A DNA stretch of 64,000 nt from Clostridia bacterium. Lineage in GTDB: Bacteria; Bacillota; Clostridia; JAAYHZ01. Below the pieces are notes generated by a model, which saw only the letters and a program-made list of their open reading frames with translations, was not told where the DNA came from and did not search any database. Positions 8,763 through 17,029 of this stretch are shown piece after piece; the stretch's first letter is position 1; the number at the start of each line of letters is the position of its first letter. Position numbers and translations under genes: made by a program. The stretch is taken from the NCBI GenBank assembly GCA_050950825.1, contig JBMNIH010000002.1, positions 320,001 through 384,000 on the forward strand, given 5' to 3'.

Positions 8763-10895
8763 TTATCGGATGAGTGTGAAGTTTCTGAAAATATTAACCA
8801 GTGTATTCGCAACCGTTGACATTGTCTTGATAAAGATATCAAGGGCAACACCGACGACGTCTTTTCGTGTATCGCCGACAGTATCACCGGTAACCGCTGA
8901 TTTATGCGCTGCCGTTCCTTTGCCGTGTCCCTCCAGAGCTCCGGATTCGATATACTTTTTCGCATTATCAAACGCTCCACCGGAATTTCCCATAAAGATG
9001 GCACGCGGAATAGCGACAATCGTAGCTCCAATCAGCAAGCCACCGACAAATTCAACACCGAAAATAAATCCGCCCAGCACAGGAATTAACATAGCCAATA
9101 CGGAAGGGAACAGCATTTTACGGAGAGCTCCCTGTGTTGCCATCTGAATCATACGGTTATAATCCGGGCGAACTTTACCTTCCATGACACCGGGAACAGA
9201 CAGAAGTTTGTCGCCTTCATCAGCCATTGCACGTGCAGATTCAATCGTATTGTCCGTTAGAATTGCGCTGAAGTATTCTACCAAGGCACCGCCGATTACC
9301 GCACCGGCAACCACGGTGAAGCTGGCAATATTCAGAATCATTTCCGCATTTGCAGGAGTGTAATTACCGACATATGAAACGATCAAGCTTACCGTTGCAA
9401 AAGCGGCGCTGCCAATGGCGAAACCCTTACCGATAGCTGCGGTCGTATTACCGACGGCATCCAGTTTATCCGTAATCACGCGAACTTTATCGGGAAGGTG
9501 GCAGCTTTCAGCCAAACCACCGGCATTATCGGCAATCGGTCCGAACGCGTCAATGGAAACCGTTGTGCCAACGAAAGCGAGCATACCGAGAGATGCTACG
9601 GCAATACCATAGGTACCGCCTATTCTTCCGCTGACGAAAAGTGCGATACCGATCATCAGAATCGGCAGCAGACAGCTACGGCTTCCGATTGCGTCACCTT
9701 TGGTAATAACAAAGGCATCGCCCTCGGGTGCCATTTCGGCAAGTTTCCTGGTAGGTTTAAAGTCAGAAGAAGTATAATATTCGGTAATGGATCCGATTGC
9801 CACACCGCTGGCGAGACCGAGCACCGCGCAGATCCAAGGGCTTAACCAGCTTGCTCTCCATCCGTATGTTTCCAATGTGGCGGCATCGATCTTTCCGAAG
9901 ATAAGCCAAGATGCTCCCAGGCCAAGAATAACCGTTAATCCCGCAGAGATCCAGGTGGCCAGATTCAATTCGTGAGAAGGATCGTTTCCCATCTTTTTAA
10001 CATTCGCATACAGCATACCGATCAGGCAGCTCAACAAACCTGCTCCCGCAAGTATGATCGGGAAGATCACAGTCGGATTGAACATTTGTTCGATGTTGAA
10101 TTTCTCGAACATAATTACGGCAATCATGATGGTAGCGGACATCGTCGCAACAAAACTCTCAAGAAGGTCCGAGCAATTGCCGGCAATATCATTGACATTG
10201 TCCCCGATGAAGTCGGCAATAACATTCGGAATCCTGCTGTCGTCTTCAGGAAGGTCATTCCGGATTTTTCCTAGAATATCAGCGGAAATATCCGCAGCTT
10301 TTGTATAGTTGCCGCCTGCGACACGGTTGAACATGGCTACCAAAGAACATCCGAGCGAGTATGTTGATACACGCATTATGGAAGCGTTGACTCCTTGGAG
10401 GCGAGTCAGCAGACCGCCGCCATCCGCTTGGTGTGTGACTCCGCCCCAAATCAGCAGAACCGCAACCAGACCGAACATTCCGAAAGCTTGAACGCTCAAA
10501 CCGGAGATGCTGCCTCCGCACAACGCCACCTTAACAGTATCACCTATGGACATGCTTTCACGTGCTTTATTTGCCGTTCTTACGTTAGCGTATGTAGCGC
10601 TTTTCATCCCAAGTACGCACGCACAGCTGCTCATGGCGGCACCAACCAAGAAAGTAATACCGGCGGTTTTTTCTACAAAAAGTGATAAAGTCAATGAAAT
10701 CAAAACAACAACAATGGAAATGGTTTTATATTCGGTTTTCATGAATGCATTCGCACCGGAACGGATGATTGCAGCCATTTCAACCATATCTGCTGTTCCC
10801 TCAGGCATTTTGCGGATCCGGATATAATTCCAGGCTACATATGCGAGGGTTACCGCAATGATACACAGTACAGTGATGATCCAAGTGAGAGACAT
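8763..10895 (-). CDS. hppA: Membrane-bound ion-translocating pyrophosphatase (K+-dependent signature, divergent)
   Basis: Polytopic membrane protein with YTKAAD, PEDD, GDNV, DAFGPIADNAGG, LDAVGNTTAAIGKGFAIGSA, GGAFDNAKK, GDTVGD. Ala in GNTTAA is the K+-dependent signature. Start MSLTWII after AAAGGAAGG. Confidence 0.93.
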   Translation of the reverse strand: MSLTWIITVLCIIAVTLAYVAWNYIRIRKMPEGTADMVEMAAIIRSGANAFMKTEYKTISIVVVLISLTLSLFVEKTAGITFLVGAAMSSCACVLGMKSATYANVRTANKARESMSIGDTVKVALCGGSISGLSVQAFGMFGLVAVLLIWGGVTHQADGGGLLTRLQGVNASIMRVSTYSLGCSLVAMFNRVAGGNYTKAADISADILGKIRNDLPEDDSRIPNVIADFIGDNVNDIAGNCSDLLESFVATMSATIMIAVIMFEKFNIEQMFNPTVIFPIILAGAGLLSCLIGMLYANVKKMGNDPSHELNLATWISAGLTVILGLGASWLIFGKIDAATLETYGWRASWLSPWICAVLGLASGVAIGSITEYYTSSDFKPTRKLAEMAPEGDAFVITKGDAIGSRSCLLPILMIGIALFVSGRIGGTYGIAVASLGMLAFVGTTVSIDAFGPIADNAGGLAESCHLPDKVRVITDKLDAVGNTTAAIGKGFAIGSAAFATVSLIVSYVGNYTPANAEMILNIASFTVVAGAVIGGALVEYFSAILTDNTIESARAMADEGDKLLSVPGVMEGKVRPDYNRMIQMATQGALRKMLFPSVLAMLIPVLGGFIFGVEFVGGLLIGATIVAIPRAIFMGNSGGAFDNAKKYIESGALEGHGKGTAAHKSAVTGDTVGDTRKDVVGVALDIFIKTMSTVANTLVNIFRNFTLIR

Positions 10896-11123
10896 TTTCT
10901 TTCCTTCCTTTCTCTTTTCCCTTTTGGTTTTGCATCGATGTATCGGTTTGTTCCAAGTCAAGAAATAACTGCCGGGGAAACGCTTTTATTTCCCACAGTT
11001 GACTCAGAACCTTTCACATTATACTACATTTTGCCGCTAATTTTCCGGAAAGAATAAGCAGTAACAGAATGATTCATTACGAGATACGCAATACCATGAT
11101 ATAATACCTGTATCCATTCGGAG

Positions 11124-12206
11124 GTGAGCATTACGGATCGATTAAGAGCATTTCTTCAAAAAAATCAAATAGTAAAAAATGCACTTATCCTTGTGTTAAC
11201 GCTTGGCGCAACACTCGGACTTACGATACTTTTGTCTTTCATCAATGACGATAACAACCCCTTTGCTATGGCTGTTTTTATTATGGCTGTGGTCATTGTG
11301 GCCCGTTGGACAGACGGGTACATTTGGGGAATAGTTGCTGCTCTCATAGGTACATTTTGCGTAAACTATATTTTCACCTATCCGTTTTGGACATTCAGTA
11401 TCGACTATACAGGATATCCTCTGACTTTTACGGTCATGCTGATTGTATCGATACTGATCAGTACACTGACTACACAGATCAAACAGCAGGAACGGCTTCG
11501 GTTTGACATTGAACGAGAAAAAATGTACTCCAATTTATTGCGTGCGATTGCTCATGATTTGCGCACACCTTTGACTGCCATTATCGGGGCGAGTTCAACA
11601 ATACAAGAGCAGGAATTATCTGCTGACGATCTGATCCGTCTTGCGGAAGGTATCCGCAAAGATGCGGAATGGCTTGTACGTGTAACTGAAAATCTGTTGT
11701 CTGTCACTCGTGTCAGCGATCACGGTATGATAAAAAAAGAGGATGAAGTATTGGAAGAGATTATAGGCAGTGCAATTATGAAATATCATCGGTTCCCGGA
11801 TTCTTTGCCTGTGGAATCCGACACACTTAAAGATATTATTCTTGTTCCGATGGAGGCAATGTTAATCGAACAGGTTTTGATTAATTTGTTCGACAATGTG
11901 AATGCCCATGCGGAAGGTGCTTCAAAAATTTGGATTCACCTCAAGAAAGAGAATGGCAAGGTTTTTATCTCTGTTGAAGATGACGGATGCGGTATTCCGA
12001 CGTCATTATTACCTCAGATTCTTGACGGAACATATCTGTCCAAACGCAGCAGAAGCGATGATCGGCGTAGCATGGGAATAGGGCTGTCCGTATGCAGGTC
12101 CATCATCGAAGCACATGAAGGACAATTGTCTGCCGGGAAGAGCCGTCATGGCGGTGCCGCATTTGTTTTCTCATTACCGTGTAAGGAGAATATGTATGTC
12201 GAATAA
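11124..12206 (+). CDS. kdpD: Minimal KdpD-like sensor histidine kinase (DUF4118 membrane domain + HisKA + HATPase)
   Basis: Four TM segments ending NYIFTYPFWTF, then NLLRAIAHDLRTPL, LIEQVLINLFDN, EDDGCGI, GIGLSVCRSIIEAHEG. No N-terminal KdpD/Usp or GAF domain. Confidence 0.8.
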   Translation: MSITDRLRAFLQKNQIVKNALILVLTLGATLGLTILLSFINDDNNPFAMAVFIMAVVIVARWTDGYIWGIVAALIGTFCVNYIFTYPFWTFSIDYTGYPLTFTVMLIVSILISTLTTQIKQQERLRFDIEREKMYSNLLRAIAHDLRTPLTAIIGASSTIQEQELSADDLIRLAEGIRKDAEWLVRVTENLLSVTRVSDHGMIKKEDEVLEEIIGSAIMKYHRFPDSLPVESDTLKDIILVPMEAMLIEQVLINLFDNVNAHAEGASKIWIHLKKENGKVFISVEDDGCGIPTSLLPQILDGTYLSKRSRSDDRRSMGIGLSVCRSIIEAHEGQLSAGKSRHGGAAFVFSLPCKENMYVE

Positions 12207-12924
12207 GATTCTTCAGAAGATTTTGATTATTGAGGACGATCCGGGTATTCTGAATTATCTGAAAACAACCGTTGAAGCGGCCGGATATGAAACCGTTACG
12301 GCAACCGATGGAAAATTAGCACTCCATATGATTACTTCTCACTGTCCCGATTGCATTTTGCTTGATCTTGGACTTCCGGATATGGATGGGAGTGATATCA
12401 TAACAAGCGTCCGAAAATGGACATTGACCCCCATCATCGTGATTTCTGCGCGAAGCTCGGAAGAAAACAAGGCGCTCGCCTTGGACTCCGGGGCGGATGA
12501 TTATATAACGAAGCCCTTTGGTTCGATCGAATTGCTTGCCCGTATACGAACGGCATTGAGGCATTCACTCATCGCAGCAGAGAACAAAGAAATCGGAATA
12601 GACGGTTGTTATCATGTCGGGGAGCTGGAAATTGACTATAAAAAGTTAAGAGTGTGTGTGCGCGGGAAAGATGTTCATCTGACTCCGAACGAATTCAGAA
12701 TCGTAGCTCTACTGGGCAAACATCCGGGGCGTGTGCTTACATATAAATCGATATTGCGGGAGCTTTGGGGCCCCTCCGCCCCTATGGATAATAAAATTTT
12801 ACGTGTTCATATGGCCAGTATCCGCAGAAAGATTGAAAAAGATCCGACGAACCCTCAGTACATTTTCACAGAGGTTGGCGTGGGCTACAGAATTGCGGAG
12901 AACACGCAGGAGACCGACTATTAA
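12196..12924 (+). CDS. kdpE: KdpE-like OmpR-family response regulator
   Basis: IIEDD, LLDLGLPDMDG, VISAR, GADDYITKPF, winged helix LRVHMASIRRKIEKDPTNPQYIFTEVGVGYR; overlaps the kinase stop. Confidence 0.85.
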   Translation: MSNKILQKILIIEDDPGILNYLKTTVEAAGYETVTATDGKLALHMITSHCPDCILLDLGLPDMDGSDIITSVRKWTLTPIIVISARSSEENKALALDSGADDYITKPFGSIELLARIRTALRHSLIAAENKEIGIDGCYHVGELEIDYKKLRVCVRGKDVHLTPNEFRIVALLGKHPGRVLTYKSILRELWGPSAPMDNKILRVHMASIRRKIEKDPTNPQYIFTEVGVGYRIAENTQETDY

Positions 12925-13058
12925 CGATAAAAACACCCATTCATCACCTGAAGCGAGCAATTATAGAGCATTTTCTTTATCGGCATATATTTATTACCAT
13001 AAGAAAGACGAATTCATCAAGTAAAAATAATTAACAAAGGGGCTTAAGCAAAATTTCC

Positions 13059-14447
13059 GATAGTGTCTTGTCAAGTGGTGTAAAATGATTTCTACTTTAT
13101 CTTCCCTTCGTTTCATTTATGTAAGATAGCAATCGGAGCTAATGAAAACCCATTAGCCTGTGTAAGCTTTTCCATAGATTCTAAACTGAAGTATCGCCGC
13201 CCTACCTGCCATTCATCGTTCTGCTCCATAAGCATAGTACCTACAAGGCGAATAACGGCATCACGATTAGGAAATATGCATACAACATCAGTCCGACGGC
13301 GTATCTCACGATTAAGCCGTTCCAATGGATTCGTAGAATGAATCTGTATCCAATGCTCACGGGGAAAGGCCATATACGCCAATATATCCTCTTCGGCTGC
13401 TTCAAGGATTTCCATTGCTTTCGGAAAACGCCCCCTCAGTTCATCTACCACATGTCTTAGCTGTTCCCTTGCGGATTCCTGATCATTTTGTGCAAAAATG
13501 GTGCGTATGATTGAGGAGACCATTCCTTGGCACTTCTTCGGCACTTGGCTTAATACGTTCCGCATAAAATGTACTCGGCATCTTTGCCATGTGCTCCCGG
13601 TTAAAACCTTCTTTATGGCGGATTTTAACCCCTCATGGGCATCACTTACAACTAACTTCACCCCTTTAAGTCCCCTTGCTACAAGCTTTCTCAGAAACTC
13701 TTCCCAAAAAGCTCCGTCTTCACTCATGCCGACATCAAAACCTAGTATCTCTCGTTCACCGGACTGATTTACACCTACGGCTATTACAAGTGCCATACTG
13801 CATACTCTTCCACCTTCACGAACCTTAGGAAAAGTAGCATCAAGCCAAAGATAAGGGTATTCTCCTTCGAGTATGCGGTTCTTGAACTCGGTGACAAAGC
13901 CATCCAATTGCTTGCTGATCCCGGAAACTTCGCTTTTATCCATCCCTTTAATTCCGAGAGATTCTACCAACTCATCTACTTTTCTAGTGCTGACACCGTG
14001 CACATAAGCTTCCTGCACCACATTTAATAAAGCTTTTTCTGACATCTTCCGAGGCTCTAATAAACTTGGGAAATAGCTTCCATGCCTCAATTTGGGTATG
14101 CTTAACTGTAACGTACCAAGGCGAGTATCCCATTCTCTTTGTCGGTATCCATTACGATGATTGTTCCGATTCTCACTTCGTTCATACTTTTCCGCACCGA
14201 TCATCGACGTAACTTCCGCATCCATCAGAGCATTGATTAACAGCGTAAGCGCTTCCTTTAAAAAATCCTTATCTTTTTCAACAACATACTTGCTAAGTTG
14301 CTCTAAAAGTGACATTCTATTATTAGTAGCCACGGTATGACCTCCTTTACTTTATCTTTTTTGTGATCTAATAAAGTAAAAATCATATGGTGGTTACTCT
14401 TGTCAAGCATACTCCACGAAATTTACACCACTACTTAAGACTATAAC
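13059..14447 (-). mobile_element. IS256 family insertion sequence
   Basis: Imperfect terminal IRs: GATAGTGTCTTGTCAAGTGGTGTAAA (13059-13084) and the reverse complement of 14422-14447, GTTATAGTCTTAAGTAGTGGTGTAAA. No target duplication visible. Confidence 0.88.
13113..14333 (-). CDS. IS256 family transposase
   Basis: RNGYR, YLWLDA, VVSDAHEGL, WQRCRVHF, STNPLERLNREIRRR. Confidence 0.95.
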   Translation of the reverse strand: MATNNRMSLLEQLSKYVVEKDKDFLKEALTLLINALMDAEVTSMIGAEKYERSENRNNHRNGYRQREWDTRLGTLQLSIPKLRHGSYFPSLLEPRKMSEKALLNVVQEAYVHGVSTRKVDELVESLGIKGMDKSEVSGISKQLDGFVTEFKNRILEGEYPYLWLDATFPKVREGGRVCSMALVIAVGVNQSGEREILGFDVGMSEDGAFWEEFLRKLVARGLKGVKLVVSDAHEGLKSAIKKVLTGSTWQRCRVHFMRNVLSQVPKKCQGMVSSIIRTIFAQNDQESAREQLRHVVDELRGRFPKAMEILEAAEEDILAYMAFPREHWIQIHSTNPLERLNREIRRRTDVVCIFPNRDAVIRLVGTMLMEQNDEWQVGRRYFSLESMEKLTQANGFSLAPIAILHK

Positions 14448-14790
14448 GTAACAGCTGTTACCGCAACTGTTGCTTCTGTAACAAAACATAAGAGATTTTG
14501 GAACCTATAGGACCTAAGACCAAAACCAAAGCAACTCTCGAAATAATAACTAAACCTTTACAGAGGAAATAACAGAACCGATACCGGAGACAACGACCTC
14601 AGCAGTGACTATACCGGTAACATCATCAAAGCCTAAAGATACTTTTGACGAAATCCAAGTTAGTTTTTTCGATGTTGCCAAGCCGATTTAATATTGATTA
14701 AGACCGATGAAACATAGATACATATAGATACCGGAAACAATAATGATGGTGCCGGTCTTGACTCATATTTAAGGGCCTTAGGAAAAATGG
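14448..14790 (+). pseudogene. Remnant of a ComEC/Rec2-type metallo-beta-lactamase-fold protein
   Basis: Thr/Pro-rich linker, then EIQVSFFDV / frameshift / QADLILIKTDET*IHIDTGNNNDGAGLDSYLRALG, resembling the FIDVGQGDS..LIDxG motif. The 5' end abuts IS256. Confidence 0.55.
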
Positions 14791-14919
14791 TCTATACTAA
14801 CCGGTTCCTTATATTTATTAGAACACTGAAGACTTCGTTACAGTACCAAAAGTCCTGTAGTATCAGACTCCCTGTTGTATTGAAGTCTTTCTTCACAATG
14901 TACATCAATGTAATTTTTT

Positions 14920-14961
14920 AAAAAAAGAACCCACAAACTGTTCTATCAATTTATGGGTTCT
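14920..14961 (-). terminator. Terminator after the tRNA pair
   Basis: AGAACCCA...TGGGTTCT stem with a poly-T tail on the minus strand. Confidence 0.65.
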
Positions 14962-14965
14962 AATA

Positions 14966-15040
14966 TGGCTGGGATGGCAGGATTCGAACCTACGGATGCC
15001 AGAGTCAAAGTCTGGTGCCTTACCGCTTGGCGACATCCCA
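14966..15040 (-). tRNA. tRNA-Gln (TTG)
   Basis: TGGGATGTCGCCAAGCGGTAAGGCACCAGACTTTGACTCTGG...GGTTCGAATCCTGCCATCCCAGCCA; cloverleaf with encoded CCA. Confidence 0.97.
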
Positions 15041-15056
15041 AAGTATGAACATTTAA

Positions 15057-15134
<78 letters not shown>

Positions 15135-15160
15135 ATGTCCTCCCGAAAAGGCACGCGTTC

Positions 15161-15189
15161 ATTTTAAGACAAAATTCGTTTTTTGTCAA
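15161..15189 (-). promoter_or_regulatory. sigmaA promoter of the tRNA-His/Gln operon
   Basis: TTGACA-17-TAAAAT with an AT-rich upstream tract. Confidence 0.8.
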
Positions 15190-15225
15190 CAGCCTATTTT
15201 GAATATTTTTAAAAAAGCCGGATCT

Positions 15226-16932
15226 GCTCATTTGAAAAAGTAAATTCTACCCCCCGAGATACCTAATGTGGAATTTACTTTTTCAAATTCAGAAGTGGAA
15301 TTTAGTTTTTCAAAAAGGTAAGATGTTTATGGTGGTGCCTCTTTTGGAGGTACATATGAACAAGAACAAACATTTGACCTTGGAGGATAGGAATACTATT
15401 GAACTAAGATTAAAGGAAAGAGAATCCTTCAAAGCTATTGGACGTGAGCTTGGCAAGGATCCAACTACTATCGCTAAAGAAGTTAAAAACCACCTTCAGT
15501 TTAAAAAGACCGGTTGCTATGGAAAAGCCTTTAATGACTGCCGCATTAGAAAAAACTGTACTGTACGGCATCTTTGTGGCAGCAAAAGGTGCAGACGTTA
15601 CTGCTGCTTCTGTAACACCCATTTTTGTTCGACACTTTGCCCTGATTACCGGCAGGAAACATGTCAAAGACTTTCAAAGTCTCCTTATGTCTGCAATGGC
15701 TGCGAAGTCAAAACTTCCTGTACGCTGGAAAAAAGAACTTACTCTGCACTGCATGCGCAAAGAGAATACGAAGCAGTCCGTTCAGAGTCACGTCAGGGCG
15801 TACAACTAACCGAAGAAGATGCGCTGAGACTGGATTCTCTTATCAGCCCTCTCATTATGAAAGGCCAGTCTCTCCACCACATATGTGTTAGTCATGCAGA
15901 TGAAATCATGCTCAATGAACGCACTCTCTACAACTATGTGGACAAAGGCTTCTTTGCAGCCAGAAATATTGATATGCCTCGTGTTGTACGAATGGGAAAA
16001 CGCAAGAGGAAGAATGAACAGTTCAAGGTGGACAAGAAATGCCGGAACGGTCGCGCTTATCAGGATTTCCTTAAATTTATGGAGGAACATCCCGGGCTTC
16101 CTGTCGTTGAAATGGATACGGTCGAAGGAAGAAAAGGCGGCAAAGTGCTGTTGACGCTGCATTTTACCATACCTCAGCTAATGCTCGCATTTATCCGGGA
16201 TGCCAATACTTCACAGTCCGTTATTGACGTGTTCGATAGGCTTTACAAAGGACTTAATCCGGATGTATTTCGCAGCTTGTTTCAAGTGCTTCTCGGGGAT
16301 AATGGTAGTGAATTCTCCAATCCATCTGCCATTGAAATGGATTCTCAGGGAAAACAAAGGACCCGAATTTTTTATTGTGACCCTCAGGCGTCATATCAGA
16401 AAGGTGCAGCTGAAAACAACCATACGCTGATCAGACGTATAATCCCCAAGGGAACATCACTTGACAATTTTACGCAGGAGGACATAACACTTATGATGAA
16501 TCACATTAATTCCTACAAAAGACTCAATCTCGGTGATAAAAGCCCTTATGAAGTCTTCTCTTCCCTTTACGGTGAAGAAATCCTAAAAAAGATGGACGTG
16601 GAACCTATCGCGTCAGATATGGTCATCCTTCGTCCATCCCTTCTTAAAAAATAAAACTTTAATAAAGAGGCACCACCTGCCGTAACTTCATAAATACACA
16701 ATAAACAGGGGTGGAATTTACTCTTGCAAAAAGTGAGCTAACATTTCACCCTTTATTTAGTGCACCCTAAAAACGGTTGGTTTTGCGCTCTTTACTCATA
16801 TTTTATACTATTCATAAGTAAAAGTCACTGAAAATAAACCTTATTTTATTGCTGGATTAATATTGTTTTCTCCCGGTTTCAGAATCTGTGGAATTTACTT
16901 ACGCAAAGTGGAATTTAACTTTTCAATTCACC
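15226..16932 (+). mobile_element. IS30 family insertion sequence (1707 bp) with 13-bp flanking direct repeats
   Basis: Imperfect IRs GCTCATTTGAAAAAGTAAATTCTAC and GGTGAATTGAAAAGTTAAATTCCAC (reverse complement); AAAAGCCGGATCT at 15213-15225 and 16933-16945. Confidence 0.9.
15356..16654 (+). CDS. IS30 family transposase with a Cys-rich insertion
   Basis: HLTLEDR HTH, EMDTVEG, GDNGSEF, YQKGAAENNH DDE motifs; start MNKNKHL after GGAGG. Confidence 0.93.
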   Translation: MNKNKHLTLEDRNTIELRLKERESFKAIGRELGKDPTTIAKEVKNHLQFKKTGCYGKAFNDCRIRKNCTVRHLCGSKRCRRYCCFCNTHFCSTLCPDYRQETCQRLSKSPYVCNGCEVKTSCTLEKRTYSALHAQREYEAVRSESRQGVQLTEEDALRLDSLISPLIMKGQSLHHICVSHADEIMLNERTLYNYVDKGFFAARNIDMPRVVRMGKRKRKNEQFKVDKKCRNGRAYQDFLKFMEEHPGLPVVEMDTVEGRKGGKVLLTLHFTIPQLMLAFIRDANTSQSVIDVFDRLYKGLNPDVFRSLFQVLLGDNGSEFSNPSAIEMDSQGKQRTRIFYCDPQASYQKGAAENNHTLIRRIIPKGTSLDNFTQEDITLMMNHINSYKRLNLGDKSPYEVFSSLYGEEILKKMDVEPIASDMVILRPSLLKK

Positions 16933-16968
16933 AAAAGCCGGATCTCTCTGATGTCTGTTTGATATATA

Positions 16969-17013
16969 AAAGGTATATGCTATGCGCCTTTCGACGATAA
17001 AGCATATACCCTT
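16969..17013 (-). terminator. Probable terminator of nadE
   Basis: GGTATATGCT...AGCATATACC stem with TTTT on the minus strand. Confidence 0.55.
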
Positions 17014-17029
17014 CATTATCTACATATAA

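Noticed and set aside
10896-11123. Known riboswitch (c-di-AMP, Na+) or E. coli-type KdpE box upstream of hppA
   Set aside because: Conserved cores were not found by eye; only the unassigned hairpin is reported.
5090-14966. Intact integrative element or prophage at tRNA-Gln
   Set aside because: No integrase, phage or conjugation genes, and no duplicated tRNA 3' end found.
15241-16917. GTGGAATTTA repeats as a CRISPR array
   Set aside because: Only 10 bp, irregularly spaced, inside an IS, and no cas genes; no CRISPR array was seen in the window.
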